Shown one piece after another: positions 47,833-58,557 of a DNA stretch of 64,000 nucleotides. The position numbers and the translations under genes were made by a program. Position 1 is the stretch's first letter; every line of letters begins with the position of its first letter. The notes under the pieces are model-generated. The model was not told where the DNA came from, made no database searches, and worked only from the letters and a program-made list of their open reading frames with translations. Source of the DNA: an uncultured Chloroflexia bacterium (GTDB lineage: Bacteria > Chloroflexota > Limnocylindria > Limnocylindrales > CSP1-4); contig CAVQPX010000008.1 in NCBI GenBank assembly GCA_963714835.1, positions 335,519 to 399,518 of the forward strand, written 5' to 3'.

Positions 47833-49453
47833 GCCTTCCGACGCCGGCGCAGGTCGCCGTCGATCTCGCGCGCCGCGTTCTGCCCCGGCCCGCCCGTGAT
47901 GCCGCCGCCGGGATGGGCCCCGGACCCACACAAGTAGAGCCCATCCAGCCCGATCCGATAGCGCGCGTGGCCGAGCAGCGGCCGCCACAGGAAGAACTGG
48001 TCGAGACCGGGTTCGCCGTGCAGCGGATGTCCACCGGTCAACCCGTGGTCGCGCTCGAGATCGAGTGGCGTGATGACCTGTCGGGCGCGGACAAGCGATC
48101 CGATCCCGGGTGCCACCGCCTCGAGCCGCGCCACGACCCGATCCCCCAACACCTCGCGAGACCCGTCCCAGTCGCCATCTCTGAGCGTGTACGGGGCGTA
48201 CTGGACGATCACGCTCATGACCTGGGTCCCGGGCGCAGCGCCATCCACGAGCGAAGGGTCGGCGAGCGAGGGGATCGTCGCCTCGATGACCGGTTCGTCG
48301 CTCAGCCGCCCGTACTTGCTCGCGTCGAAGGCACGCTCCATCACATCGATCCCGGGAGCGACGACGATCCGTCCGCGGAGAAGAGCGGCATCATCCATGG
48401 CGGCGGGGAAGTCCGGTGTGCCGTCCAGGACGAGGTTGACCTTGGCGACGACCCCGGGCGTTCGGATAGTTGCCGGCGCGCCAGCCGAGCGAGGGTCCCA
48501 GTGCGACCGGATCCACGAGGTCGACGAGCGTTCGCCTGGGGTCGAGCCCGGACACGACGCACGGCCCGGGATCTCCTCGCCGCCGGCCAGGACGACACCG
48601 GTGGCCCGGCCGTCGTGCGACGTGATCGCCGTGACCTCGGCGCCGGTCCGGATCTCGCCGCCGGCGGCCCGGACGGCAGCGGCCACCGCCTCGCTCAGCG
48701 CACCGGGACCGCCCCGAGCGAACACCGTCTCGCCGGCGGCGCCCCCGTCGTTGCCCGCGGAATCCATGAGCAGGACGGCCGCCGTGCCCGCCGACCACGG
48801 GCCCATCGCGGCGTAGCGCACGCCGCGCCAGGCGATGGCCGCCCGAAGCGCGTCGGACTCGAACGATTCGGCCACGAGGTCGGCGACGGCCATGGGAAGG
48901 ATCCGTGTCAGGGTCCGCGACCGTCGCCGGCCGAGCCCGCGGAACGAGCGGCCGAGCCGGAGCCCGACGAGCGCGTCGTCGAGGCCCGGCGCGTCGATGT
49001 CGGGCGGCGCCATCTTCGCGAGCTCGCCGAGGAAGCGGCCGATCGTGCGCACAAGACCGTCGAACGCGAGATAGCGCCGCGGCGTCGCCCGGCGACCGGT
49101 CGCGCAACCCGGCCGCGGTGCGTTCCGGGTCGGCCCAGAGCGTGACCGCCGTTCCGTCCGGAGCGGGCGCGAAGACACGAACCTCCGGGCCGACCAGCGA
49201 CAGCCCGTGGCGCTTCAGGTCGAGCTCGTCGGACGACCGAACGGCGCAGCCGGCCGACCGTGTGGGCAAGGGTCGGAACGTACGCGCCCGGCGCAAGCTC
49301 GGTCGTCGCGGCCGCCCCGCCGACGGTCGCGCGTCGCTCGAGGACAGAACGCGGAGGCCGGCCTTCGCGACCAGGGCCGCGGCCGACCAGGCCGTTGTGG
49401 CCGCCGCCGATGACGATGGCATCCCAGCCGCCCGCGGCCTTCGATCGGGCCAT
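47829..49453 (-). pseudogene. CrtI/phytoene-desaturase-family FAD oxidoreductase, disrupted by at least 4 frameshifts in the first ~130 codons
   Basis: The N-terminus (MARSKAAGGWDAIVIGGGHNGLV) is in one frame and AAALVAKAGLRVL in a second. VLERRATVGGAAATTELAPGAYVPTLAHTV returns to the first frame, and ELDLKRHGLSLVGPEVRVFAPAPDG is in the second again. The remaining ~400 codons (RYLAFDGLVRTIGRF...GGGITGGPGQNAAREI) are in a third frame. Two indels were traced to G-runs (ctggtcGgcc; ctg-tcctcgag). Confidence 0.65.
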
Positions 49454-51097
49454 CACGCGACCTTCCGACCGATCGATCGAAGCACCTCGAGCGCGGCGAG
49501 CCGGCCGTTGGCGCCCATGATCCCGCCGCCGGGATGCGTCGCCGAGCCGCACAGCCAGAGGTCGCGCACGGGCGTCCGGAACCGCGCGTACCCGGGCACC
49601 GGGTCGGTTGAAGAAGAGCTGCTCGAGGCTGCAGCTCGCCCTGGAAGATGTTGCCCTCCGTGAGGCCGTACTCCGCTCGATGTCGAGCGGCGTCAGGACC
49701 TGCCGGTGCAGGATGACGTCGCGGAGGTTCGGCGCGAACTCGGCGATCGCGGTCGATGACGGTGTCGCCGAAGGCCTCGCGCTTCTCGTCCCAGGCGCCG
49801 AGCTCCGGTGCGAGGTCGTACGGCGCGTACTGGACGAAGCAGCTGATGACGTGCTTGCCGGGCGGCGCCATCGAGGGGTCGATCAGCGTCGGGATGACCA
49901 TGTCGATGTACGGGCGGCGCGCAGAAGTGGCCGTACTTCGCGTCGTCGTAGGCGCGCTCCATGTACGTCGATCGACGGGCGAGATCGAGATCGCCCCGCG
50001 CAGGTGCTCGCCCGTCGCCGGGCAGCGCAGGTGAAGTCGGGCAGCCGTCGAGGGCGAGGTTGACCTTGCCCGACGAGCCGCGGAACTTGAAGCGCCGGAC
50101 GTCCTCGACGAAGCTCGGCTCGAGCGTCGCCCGGCTCGACGAGCCGAGGAAGGTCAGCCGCGGGTCGACGGACGGAGAGGACGACGCGCGCGTCGATCTC
50201 TTCGCCGGACTCGAGGATGACGCCCGTCGCTCGGCCGCCCTGCACGATGATCCTCGCGACCGGCGCCTCGGTCCGGATCTCGGCGCCCAGCCTCGCGCGC
50301 GGCGTCGCCGATCGCGTTGGAGATCGCGCCGGTCCCGCCGCGCGGGAAGCCCCAGGCGCGGAAGGCGCCGTCGATCTCGCCCATGTAGTGGTGGAGCAGC
50401 ACGTAGGCGGTGCCCGGGCGAGCGCACGCCCAGGAAGGTGCCGATGATCCCGAGGCCGACATCGTGGCCTTCAGCGCGTCGGTCTCGAACCACTGGTCGA
50501 GGAAGTCGACGGCGGACATCGTCATGAGCTGCACGAACCGGCGTGCTGTCCTCGGGCAGAGCTGCTGGAAGCTGCGTGCCGAGACGCGGCGAGCGGCATG
50601 GAGCGGCCGCGCGATCAGTCTCGTCGGGTCCGGCGGCGACCATGGCCGAGGATCGGCTTGACGAACCGGGCCATGTCGACCATCAGCCTGGCCGTACTCG
50701 TCGTAGGCCTCGGCATCGCTCGGCGACCAGCGGCGCGATCTCGCGCACGGTCCGCGCGTGGTCGTTGACCCGCCAGAGGTAGTCGCCGTCACCGCTTCGG
50801 GCCCTCGCCCTCCGGATCGGCGTGAACGTCCCGTCGAGCGGCAGGATGTCCAGGCCGTGGCGGGGCAGCTCGAGGTCGCGGATGATCTCGGGCCGGAGCA
50901 GCGAGACGACGTACGAGCAGACCGAGAAGCGGAAGCCCGGGAAGACCTCCTCGGTGACCGCGGCGCCGCCGAGCACGTGCCGCCGCTCGAGGACGAGCGG
51001 TCTTCTGCCCGGCCCGGGCCAGGTAGGCGGCGCTGATGAGACCGTTGTGGCCGCCGCCGATGACGACCGCGTCGTAGCGCTGGGCGAGCTCAGCCAT
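49215..51097 (-). pseudogene. second, paralogous CrtI-family FAD oxidoreductase, disrupted by many frameshifts along its whole length
   Basis: Conserved pieces are spread over at least 5 ORF-track fragments in all three frames: MAELAQRYDAVVIGGGHNGLISAAYLARAG; LVLERRHVLGGAAVTEEVFPGFRFSVCSYVVSLLRPEIIRDLELPRHGL; AVDFLDQWFETDALKATMSASG...GTAYVLLHHYMGEIDGAFRAWGFPRGGTGAISNAIGDAAREAG; STYMERAYDDAKYGHF; MVIPTLIDPSMAPPGKHVISCFVQYAPYDLAPELGAWDEKREAFGDTVID. Confidence 0.65.
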
Positions 51098-51219
51098 CGT
51101 TTGCGATGCCGGTCCGATTGGTGCCCTGGGAATCTCGTCCGAGGCTGGCCCGAGCCGCGCGCGTGCCGTCCCGCGCGCCGTCCGCGGCGACGAGCCGCCG
51201 GCTCTCGCATACTGCCGCC

Positions 51220-52428
51220 ATGAGCATCGGTACCGCGTTCCATCCGCGGACCTCGCCCCTGAATCGCAAGATGCAGTGGCGCGAGTGGTCCGGCTACTTC
51301 GCGTCGAGCGTCTACGCCGACGCCCACGACATCGAGTACAACGCGATCCGCGAGGCCGCGGCGCTCATCGACGTCTCGCCGCTCTTCAAGTACCGCGTGT
51401 CGGGCCCCGACGCGACGCGCCTCGTCGACCGGGTCGATCACCCGCGACGCGACGAAGCTGTCCGCCGGGTCGGTGATCTACACGCCGTGGTGCGACGAGC
51501 ACGGCAAGGTCATCGACGACGGCACGGTCCACGCCTCGACGACGGCTCGTTCCGCTGGACCGCGGCCGATCCGCAGCTGCGCTGGCTCGCGCCAGAACGC
51601 GCCGCGGCCTCGACGTCGACGGTCGAGGACGTGTCCGAGGCGGTCGCCGCGCTCGCGCTCCAGGGGCCGCTGTCGCGCGACGGTCCTCGAGGCGGCCACC
51701 GAGGCGGATCGTTCGCCGACCTGCGCTACTTCCGGCGCCGCGCCGCCGACGGATCGGCGGGCGTCGCCGGTCGACGTCTCGCGGACCGGCTACACGGGCG
51801 ACCTCGGCTACGAGATCTGGGTCGCCGCGGAGCGGGCGCGTCGGCGTCTGGGACGCGCTGATGGAGGCGGGCGAGGCCTACGACATCCGGCCGGCGGGCA
51901 TGCTCGCGCTCGATGTCGTGCGGCTCGAGGCCGGGCTGATCCTGCTCGACGTCGACTACACGTCGGCGCGCCACGCGATAAACCCCGAGCAGAACTACTC
52001 GCCCGTTCGAGATCGGCCTCGGGCGCCTCGTCGATCTCGACAAGGGCGGACTTCGTCGGCCGGCTCGCGCTGCGCCGGGAGCGCGAGGACGGCGGCCGGC
52101 GCGGCGGCTCGTCGGCCTCGAGCTCGACTGGTACGACATCGAGGGGCTCTACGACGCCGCAGGGCCTGCCGCCGGCCATCTGCCCGTCGGTCGATCGCTC
52201 GCCGGTGCCCGGTCTTCGCGAGCGCGGGGCGCGCAGGTCGGCAAGGCCACGAGCCGCGGCTGGAGCCCGATCCTCAAGCAGGCCATCGCGCTGGCCTCGC
52301 TGCCCCAGGGCTACGAGGCCGCCGGGTCCCGCGTCGAGGTCGAGTGGACGGTCGAGGGTCGGCGCGGCCGCGTCCCGGCCCGCGCGGTCCCGATGCCGTT
52401 CCTCGACCTGGAGCGCAAGCGGGCCTGA
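51220..52428 (+). pseudogene. GcvT-family aminomethyltransferase-like protein, multiple frameshifts
   Basis: MSIGTAFHPRTSPLNRKMQWREWSGYFASSVYADAHDIEYNAIREAAALIDVSPLFKYRVSGPDATRLVDRV is in one frame; IYTPWCDEHGKVIDDGTVH in a second; EAGEAYDIRPAGMLALDVVRLEAGLILLDVDYTSARHAINPEQNYSP in a third. The C-terminus (...VEWTVEGRRGRVPARAVPMPFLDLERKRA*) ends at 52428. Confidence 0.6.
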
Positions 52429-53146
52429 CCCTCCTCGGCGCGCGCCGTCGTGGGCGCTTCCCGCGCGCTCTCTGAACGTGCCGGGGCAGCCGCCATCGAT
52501 CGCGCTGACCACCGCGGCGAACACGTTCGTGTCCTCCTCGTATGCGGTGTGGAACGCCGCCCTGCACCGACACGAAGCAGGCGCCCCCGTCGAGGCGCGT
52601 CGCGCTCGATGGCACCGTCCTGTCCGACGGACTGGTGAGCGTCGTGTAGCGAACGCTGCCGGGCGTGTCGTCGCCCGCGTTGAGGTTCTTCAGGAACGAG
52701 CTGCCCGGACACATCTGACCGCCCTGGCCCTGGGCCAGGAAGCATGCCGTCCAGATGCCGTACTGCGGCGTGCCGAGCGAGACATAGGCATCGACCTTCG
52801 AGGTCCCGCCGAGCGCCTTCACGAAGTGGCGCGCGGAGAGGCCGCCCATGCTCACGCCGACGATGTCGAACCGGGTCCAGCCGTTGGCCGTCACGGCCGA
52901 GGCGATCGCCTGGGCGTTTGCGACGTTGTCCTGGCCGGGGAGCTGGAGCGCGACGACCTGGCGGCCCAGGCCTTCGTCCGCGAAGCGCTGGACCATGACC
53001 GCCCAGTCCGCCGACGCGCCTCGCCATCCGTGGACGAGGAGGATCGGGTCGGGTGGCGCCGCTGCGCGGACGGCCGCCGGACCGAGGGCGAGGACGAGGA
53101 GGAGGGATGCTGCCGCCGACCGGCGGACACGGCTGCGCGTGCGCAT
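52274..53146 (-). CDS. secreted alpha/beta-hydrolase, class-2 lipase/esterase-like (C-terminus probably mis-framed)
   Basis: Signal peptide MRTRSRVRRSAAASLLLVLALGPAAVRAAA. ILLVHGWRGASADW, nucleophile elbow GVSMGG, and ...VQGGVPH. After the catalytic His the ORF becomes Arg-rich junk to 52274 and overlaps the convergent upstream gene. A true end near ~52440 is likely. Confidence 0.6.
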   Translation of the reverse strand: MRTRSRVRRSAAASLLLVLALGPAAVRAAAPPDPILLVHGWRGASADWAVMVQRFADEGLGRQVVALQLPGQDNVANAQAIASAVTANGWTRFDIVGVSMGGLSARHFVKALGGTSKVDAYVSLGTPQYGIWTACFLAQGQGGQMCPGSSFLKNLNAGDDTPGSVRYTTLTSPSDRTVPSSATRLDGGACFVSVQGGVPHRIRGGHERVRRGGQRDRWRLPRHVQRARGKRPRRRAPRRVRPACAPGRGTASGPRGPGRGRADPRPSTRPRRGTRRPRSPGAARPARWPA

Positions 53147-53247
53147 GGGAAAACCTCTCAGCCAGGACGGGACCCTGGCCCGTCGCGCCGCAGGTTAGGT
53201 CGGGCGCGTCTTCGCGACGTCTTCGCGGCGCGCCGCGAGCCGGGCTG

Positions 53248-53712
53248 TCAGAGGTGGCGGACGTCGACGCTGAAGTCGAGCTGGGCCCGGAGCATCGCGA
53301 GCGCCTCGCCCCAGCCCTCGAGCGACCTGGCCCAGGCCTCGAGGCCCTCCGGCGTGTCGATGGGAAACGGGCCATCCTCGAGCACCACCTGCGTCCCGTA
53401 GCCGGCCCGGGTGATCGTGACGGTCACGGTCGTGACCAGCGATTTGTCCGGTCCCCACGGCCAGCGGAACTGGAACCGGCGATTCGGCTCGCCGGCGACC
53501 ACGTCCCACCACAGCGTCTGCTCCGGCCAGACCAGGGTTGTCCGCGAGCCGACCATGAGGCTCCCCTCGATGGCGTGCGGGAACCAGCGCATCAGCTCCT
53601 CGGGATCGGCGAACGCGCGGTACACGCGCTCCGTGGACGCATCGAGTCGACGGCGCATCTTGACGGTCCGCTGCCGGGGGCCCTCCGCGGCAGGGTTCGG
53701 TTGGTCGGTCAT
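53248..53712 (-). CDS. SRPBCC-superfamily (AHSA1/START-like) small protein
   Basis: MTDQPNPAAEGPRQRTVKMRRRLDASTERVYRAFADPEELMRWF...; 154 aa. Confidence 0.6.
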   Translation of the reverse strand: MTDQPNPAAEGPRQRTVKMRRRLDASTERVYRAFADPEELMRWFPHAIEGSLMVGSRTTLVWPEQTLWWDVVAGEPNRRFQFRWPWGPDKSLVTTVTVTITRAGYGTQVVLEDGPFPIDTPEGLEAWARSLEGWGEALAMLRAQLDFSVDVRHL

Positions 53713-53719
53713 CGCCCGC

Positions 53720-54853
53720 CTACCGTACAGCGGATCGGAGTGTTCGACCCGCGAAGCGTTCGAGGCCCTCCAGCGCGACCGCCAGGTCCTCGCGCCCGAA
53801 CCCCACCCGGAAGTGGTTCCCAGGATGATCGAACCGCGACCCGGGGAGCAGGAGCACCCCTTCGGCCTCGACCAGCTCGGCGGCGAAACGGTCCACGTCC
53901 AGGGCCGGCGCCAGCCGCGGGAACCCGATCGAGCCGCCGCGTGGGCGCACCCAGCTGAACGTCCCGGCCCAGCGCTCGAAGAACGCGTCCAGGATGTCCA
54001 TGTTCGCGAGGACGATCGCCCGGGAGCGGCCGAGCACCGTCTCGCGCGCGCGCAGCCCAATAAGCGCCAGGATCTCGGACGGCGCCGACGCGCAGATCGT
54101 CGTGTAGTCCTTGAACGCCGCGCAGCGTGCGAGCAGATCGCGGTCGCGCGTCGCCAGCCAGCCGATCCGCAGTCCGGCCATCGCGAACGACTTCGACATG
54201 ACGCCGAGCGAGATCCCGCGATCGAAGCTGTCGGCTCCCGCGGGCAGGCGATCCCGCGGATCGAACTCGAGTTCGCGGTACACCTCATCAGAGAGGAGAT
54301 GGATCCTGCGCTCGGCGAGCGTGTCCGTGAGGCGCGCCCACTCGGCATGGGTCGGCAGCATCCCGGTGGGGTTGTGCGGGGCGTTGACGACGACCAGCCG
54401 GGTGTCCGGCCGCAGCGACGCGATGAGCCGTTCGACATCGAGCGCCCAGCCGTCCGCCTCGTACAGCTCGTGGAGCGTGACGTCGGCACCGCCGGCGCGC
54501 GCGACCTCGTAGAGCGACTGATAGCCGGGCCACGTCACGACGATGTGGTCGCCGGCCCCCACGAGGACGTTCGCGAGACAGAAGATCGCCTCGCCCGCGC
54601 CCACGAAGACGAGGACATCGTCGGCCTCGATCCCGTCGTAGAGCGTCGCGATCTCGCGTCGCAGGAGCGGGTGTCCAAGGGTCTCGGCGTAGCCGAGGGT
54701 GAGGTTCGCCCAGAGTCCGCGCGTCTCGTCGTCGGCCAGCGCCAGGAGATCGGCCATCGAGTAGCCCTGGACGTCCGATGCGCAGAGCAGATGGTCGACG
54801 GCGAACTCCCAGCGAGCGAAGAAGCGCTCGAGGGCGAAGTCCGCGATCTGCAT
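53720..54853 (-). CDS. class I/II PLP-dependent aminotransferase
   Basis: Start MQIADFALERF at 54853. NPTGMLPTHAEWARL and SLGVMSKSFAMAGLRIGW (PLP lysine motif SKSF). Confidence 0.75.
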   Translation of the reverse strand: MQIADFALERFFARWEFAVDHLLCASDVQGYSMADLLALADDETRGLWANLTLGYAETLGHPLLRREIATLYDGIEADDVLVFVGAGEAIFCLANVLVGAGDHIVVTWPGYQSLYEVARAGGADVTLHELYEADGWALDVERLIASLRPDTRLVVVNAPHNPTGMLPTHAEWARLTDTLAERRIHLLSDEVYRELEFDPRDRLPAGADSFDRGISLGVMSKSFAMAGLRIGWLATRDRDLLARCAAFKDYTTICASAPSEILALIGLRARETVLGRSRAIVLANMDILDAFFERWAGTFSWVRPRGGSIGFPRLAPALDVDRFAAELVEAEGVLLLPGSRFDHPGNHFRVGFGREDLAVALEGLERFAGRTLRSAVR

Positions 54854-54914
54854 CGCACGATGATGACCGGCGGCACCGTATCCTGCGCGGCACTGAGCCG
54901 AAGGAGCCGTTCGC

Positions 54915-55613
54915 TCAGGGGCTGACGCGGTGGATCGCTCCGCTGAGGGCGAGAAACTCCGCCTGGTCCATCCCGGTCCCGACAGCCAGCCAGCTGGGAT
55001 TGGCGGCGCGATCGACGACGACCGCCCACGACCCGTCGTTCGCGGAGACCAGCGCGCCCGCCTTGTCGCCGAAGAACCCGTCCCCGACATCGGTGCCATC
55101 GGGAACGCAGCCATCGGGCGTGCCGCAGAACGCCCCCTCGCGGAGTGCAAGCGTGCGGCCTCCGGGACCCTTGTAGCTGATCTCGAGGAAGCCGCCGTTC
55201 GCCTGCCGGAACGAGCCCGTCTGGACGACCCATCCTGACGGCAGCGCGGCGCAGTAGACCGCCCAACTCATGACTGCCGCGGCATCCGCGAAGAACGACC
55301 GGTTGCCGTCATTGCCGGTACAGGCTGCCTCGGACGGTGCCGGTGGCGTGGCGCTCGGGTCGAGGCTCGCCGATGGGTCTGCGGTCGCGACGGGCGTCGG
55401 CGCGGGGGTCGCCGCGGGCGAACCGGTCGGGTCGTCGGTCGGGGGAGCGCTCTCGAGCGGCGTCGGATCGGGGGTCGGGGTGCCGCTCGCGGGGGTCGGC
55501 GTGCCGCCGGGTGCCGAGGCCGACGGATCGTCCGTCGCGAGGGGGCCGGAGGTGTCTCCGCACGCTGCGACGATGAACGCGGCCAGGAGCGCGATGATCG
55601 CAAGACGCTTCAC
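54915..55613 (-). CDS. lipoprotein with Pro/Thr-rich linker; last gene of the riboswitch-controlled btuFCD operon
   Basis: MKRLAIIALLAAFIVAACG lipobox; ~80-aa P/T/A linker; ~110-aa C-terminal domain with 4 Cys. ATG overlaps the ABC ATPase stop (ATGA). Confidence 0.65.
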   Translation of the reverse strand: MKRLAIIALLAAFIVAACGDTSGPLATDDPSASAPGGTPTPASGTPTPDPTPLESAPPTDDPTGSPAATPAPTPVATADPSASLDPSATPPAPSEAACTGNDGNRSFFADAAAVMSWAVYCAALPSGWVVQTGSFRQANGGFLEISYKGPGGRTLALREGAFCGTPDGCVPDGTDVGDGFFGDKAGALVSANDGSWAVVVDRAANPSWLAVGTGMDQAEFLALSGAIHRVSP

Positions 55614-56401
55614 GGGCTGAGGTTAGCACGCGATCCGGTACGGCCCCGATCTCCGGAGATCCCAGGCGATGGCGCGGTCAGCCGCACGTGCTCGGGCTCC
55701 ACGCCGAACACATCGCGGATCAGGTCCGGGGTCAGGGCGACGTCGGGTGGCCCATCGGCGACGATCCGGCCCTGGTGGAGGACGATGAGCCGCGGGAAGA
55801 AGTGAGCCGCCAGTCCGAGATCGTGGAGGACGGCGACGATCGTGGAGCCGTCGCGCTCGTTGAGGTCGACCAGCAGGTCCATCGTGCCGACCTGGTGACG
55901 CAGATCGAGGTGGACGGTCGGCTCGTCGAGCACGAGGACCGGCGCCGCCTGCGCCACCGCGAGGCCGAGCAGGACGAGCTGGCGCTCGCCGAGCGAGAGC
56001 TCGCGGGCATCGCGACCCAGCAGGTGGCCCAGCCCCACCCGGTCGATGGCCGCGGCGATGGCCGCCCGATCACCCGGACCGGCGCCGCGGAACGGGTCCT
56101 CGTGGGGCAAGCGCCCCAGCGCGACGACGTCCTCGACGCGAGTCGAGAACGGCAGGATGGCCTGCTGCGGGACGACGGCGATCGTCTTCGCAATCGTCAG
56201 TCGATCCAGCGAAGCAACCGGCCGGCCGGCCAGCTCGACGGTCCCCGCGACCGGAGCCACGATCCCGGTCAACGCCTTGAGCAGCGTCGACTTGCCGGCC
56301 CCGTTCGGACCGATGAGCGCCACGCGTTCGCCCGCGGCGATCCGCAGATCGAGACTCCGGACGACCGGCCGGCCGCGGTACGCCACGGTGACGCCGTCCA
56401 T
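55610..56401 (-). CDS. ABC transporter ATP-binding protein (FecE/BtuD type)
   Basis: Walker A GPNGAGKST, LSLGERQL signature, Walker B VLVLDEPT; 263 aa. Confidence 0.85.
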   Translation of the reverse strand: MDGVTVAYRGRPVVRSLDLRIAAGERVALIGPNGAGKSTLLKALTGIVAPVAGTVELAGRPVASLDRLTIAKTIAVVPQQAILPFSTRVEDVVALGRLPHEDPFRGAGPGDRAAIAAAIDRVGLGHLLGRDARELSLGERQLVLLGLAVAQAAPVLVLDEPTVHLDLRHQVGTMDLLVDLNERDGSTIVAVLHDLGLAAHFFPRLIVLHQGRIVADGPPDVALTPDLIRDVFGVEPEHVRLTAPSPGISGDRGRTGSRANLSP

Positions 56402-56406
56402 CCGGA

Positions 56407-57489
56407 TCACAGCTCGTACCCGGTTCGCGTGCGGCGGAGCAGGAACAGGAAGAACGGGGCCCCGATGACCGCCGTGATGACCCCCACGGGGATCTCGCCC
56501 AGAAGCCGGGCGGCCACGTCGGCGAACGCCATCAGGCTCGCTCCATAGATCGCGGCGAGCGGCAGGACGGCGCGCGCCTGCGGGCCGACGATCAGGCGCA
56601 CGACGTGCGGCACGACGAGCCCGACGAAGCCGATCAGGCCGCTGACCGCCACCGCAGCCGCGGTGATCAGTGCCCCGAGGGCAAGCAGGATCGCGCGCTC
56701 GCGCCGCACGTCCACGCCGAGGTGCGCCGCGGCCTCCTCGCCGAGAAGCAGCCCATCGAGGACGCGGGCTCGGGCCAGGATGAACCCCGAGGCGACGAGC
56801 ACCAGCGGCGTCGTGACGGCGAGGCGGATCCACGTCGCCGATTCGAAGCCGCCGAGGAGGTAGGCAAAGATCTGGCGCAAACCGGTGCCCGACAGGTACA
56901 TCGCCATGGCCAGGCCCGCTGCCAGCAGGGCACCGACGGCATACCCCGTCAGGAGCAGGCTCGTCATCGGCGCCATCCCGCCGATCCGCGACAGGCGGTA
57001 GACGACGGTCACGGCGATCAGCGCGCCGATGAACGCGAGGCCGTGCAGCAGCCCGAACTCCAGGACGAGGGTACGGACCGGGATGAGCACGGCGATCGCC
57101 GCGCCGAGGGCCGCTCCCGATGCCGTCCCGAGCACGTACGGGTCCGCGAGCGGGTTGCGGAGCAGGCCCTGGAACGTCGCCCCAGCGATGGCAAGGCCCA
57201 TCCCGACAACGAGCGCCGTGAGCACGCGCGGGAGACGCAGGTCCATGACGATCGTCTCGGCTGACGCGGGCCAGGTGCGGGCCACGTCGAGCCCGAGGAG
57301 TCGGTGGCCCAGGATCCCGAGCGTATCGCCGATGGGGACCGCCACCGACCCCGCCGCGACGCCGATCACGACCGACACGAGCAGGACGCCGAGCCCGATC
57401 GCCCCGACGACGACGGGACGGCGGCGGACACCCTCGAACGGACCGGACCGGATCCGGTCTGCAGCCAGGACGCCGCCGCTCGTCGTCAT
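56407..57489 (-). CDS. FecCD-family ABC permease (iron-siderophore/cobalamin type)
   Basis: 360 aa, ~9 TM helices; typical FecCD motif region LTGYAVGALLAAGLAMAMYLSGTG. Confidence 0.85.
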   Translation of the reverse strand: MTTSGGVLAADRIRSGPFEGVRRRPVVVGAIGLGVLLVSVVIGVAAGSVAVPIGDTLGILGHRLLGLDVARTWPASAETIVMDLRLPRVLTALVVGMGLAIAGATFQGLLRNPLADPYVLGTASGAALGAAIAVLIPVRTLVLEFGLLHGLAFIGALIAVTVVYRLSRIGGMAPMTSLLLTGYAVGALLAAGLAMAMYLSGTGLRQIFAYLLGGFESATWIRLAVTTPLVLVASGFILARARVLDGLLLGEEAAAHLGVDVRRERAILLALGALITAAAVAVSGLIGFVGLVVPHVVRLIVGPQARAVLPLAAIYGASLMAFADVAARLLGEIPVGVITAVIGAPFFLFLLRRTRTGYEL

Positions 57490-57496
57490 CGCGCGA

Positions 57497-58513
57497 TCAC
57501 GGGGCGGTGGGGAGCGTGAGCGACGGATGGATCGCGGCCGCGAGAGCGATGAGGCCCTCCGCGAGGCGCGGGCCGGGTCGCGTCACGATGAGATCGTTGA
57601 CGGGGCGGACCGCGCCGGACGTGACTGCACGAAGTCCGCCCCAGCCCGGCCGCTCGCCGACCTGCTCCACGGTGACGCCGTAGGCGGCATCGCCGAGCAG
57701 GATGAGGTCCGGGTCCGCCGCGATGAGCGACTCGAGCGAGATCTCGAAGCTCACGGTGGAACCCGTGGTGATCGGCGTCCCCCCGGCCCGTTCGATCATC
57801 TCGGCGAGGAACGACTCATCCGCCGCGGTGTAGATCTGGGCGAAGGCATCGATCTCGTAGAAGACCGTCGGTCGGACAACATCCTTCGTGGCGAGGGTCA
57901 CCTGGTCGAACACGACGCGCATCGAAGCGACCAGGTCGGCGGCCGCGCCCGCCAGGCCCACGGCGCGCCCGACGAGTTCGATGTCCGCCAGGACGGTCTC
58001 GACGTCGGGCGCGTAGACGACGAGGACCGGGATCCCCAGCGAGCGCAGCCGCGCGACCGCTTCGGGGGAGTTGAAGTTGTTGCCGCCCGCGATGACCAGG
58101 TCGGCCTCGAGACCCACGATCTTCTCGACGTCGACCGACGCGAAGGTCGCCACATCGGGCAGTGGCACGGCCTCGGGCGGGTAGTCGTCGAAGTCCGTGG
58201 TGGCGACGACCCGTGGCCCCGCGCCGATCGCGAACAGGATCTCGGTCGTGGCCGGGGTCAGGGACACGATCCGGGCAGGCTCACTGGTGAGCTCGACCGT
58301 CGTGCCCTCGTCGTCGATGAGGCTGACGGGGAATGCGGGGGTCGGCGCCGGGATGGGCGTCCCGGTCGCCGGCGGGACGGCGCCGCCCGTGGCCGACGGC
58401 GGGATCGTGACCTGGCTCGGGCCGGCCGGGGCGCAGGCCGCGGCGAGGAGAACGGAGGCGAGGAGCAGCGCGAGTGACCGGGCGCGCAGGCGGACGGGAT
58501 GGCGTTCGTCCAT
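57497..58513 (-). CDS. periplasmic-binding-protein (BtuF/cluster-A type) ABC substrate-binding lipoprotein
   Basis: Signal/lipobox LLASVLLAAACAP. PBP pattern RIVSLTPATTEILFAIGAG...DLVIAGGN...DPDLILLGD. Confidence 0.8.
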   Translation of the reverse strand: MDERHPVRLRARSLALLLASVLLAAACAPAGPSQVTIPPSATGGAVPPATGTPIPAPTPAFPVSLIDDEGTTVELTSEPARIVSLTPATTEILFAIGAGPRVVATTDFDDYPPEAVPLPDVATFASVDVEKIVGLEADLVIAGGNNFNSPEAVARLRSLGIPVLVVYAPDVETVLADIELVGRAVGLAGAAADLVASMRVVFDQVTLATKDVVRPTVFYEIDAFAQIYTAADESFLAEMIERAGGTPITTGSTVSFEISLESLIAADPDLILLGDAAYGVTVEQVGERPGWGGLRAVTSGAVRPVNDLIVTRPGPRLAEGLIALAAAIHPSLTLPTAP

Positions 58514-58557
58514 CGGGGAACCTCTGCTGGAGAGCGACGGGCGAGGGTCGTCACGGG

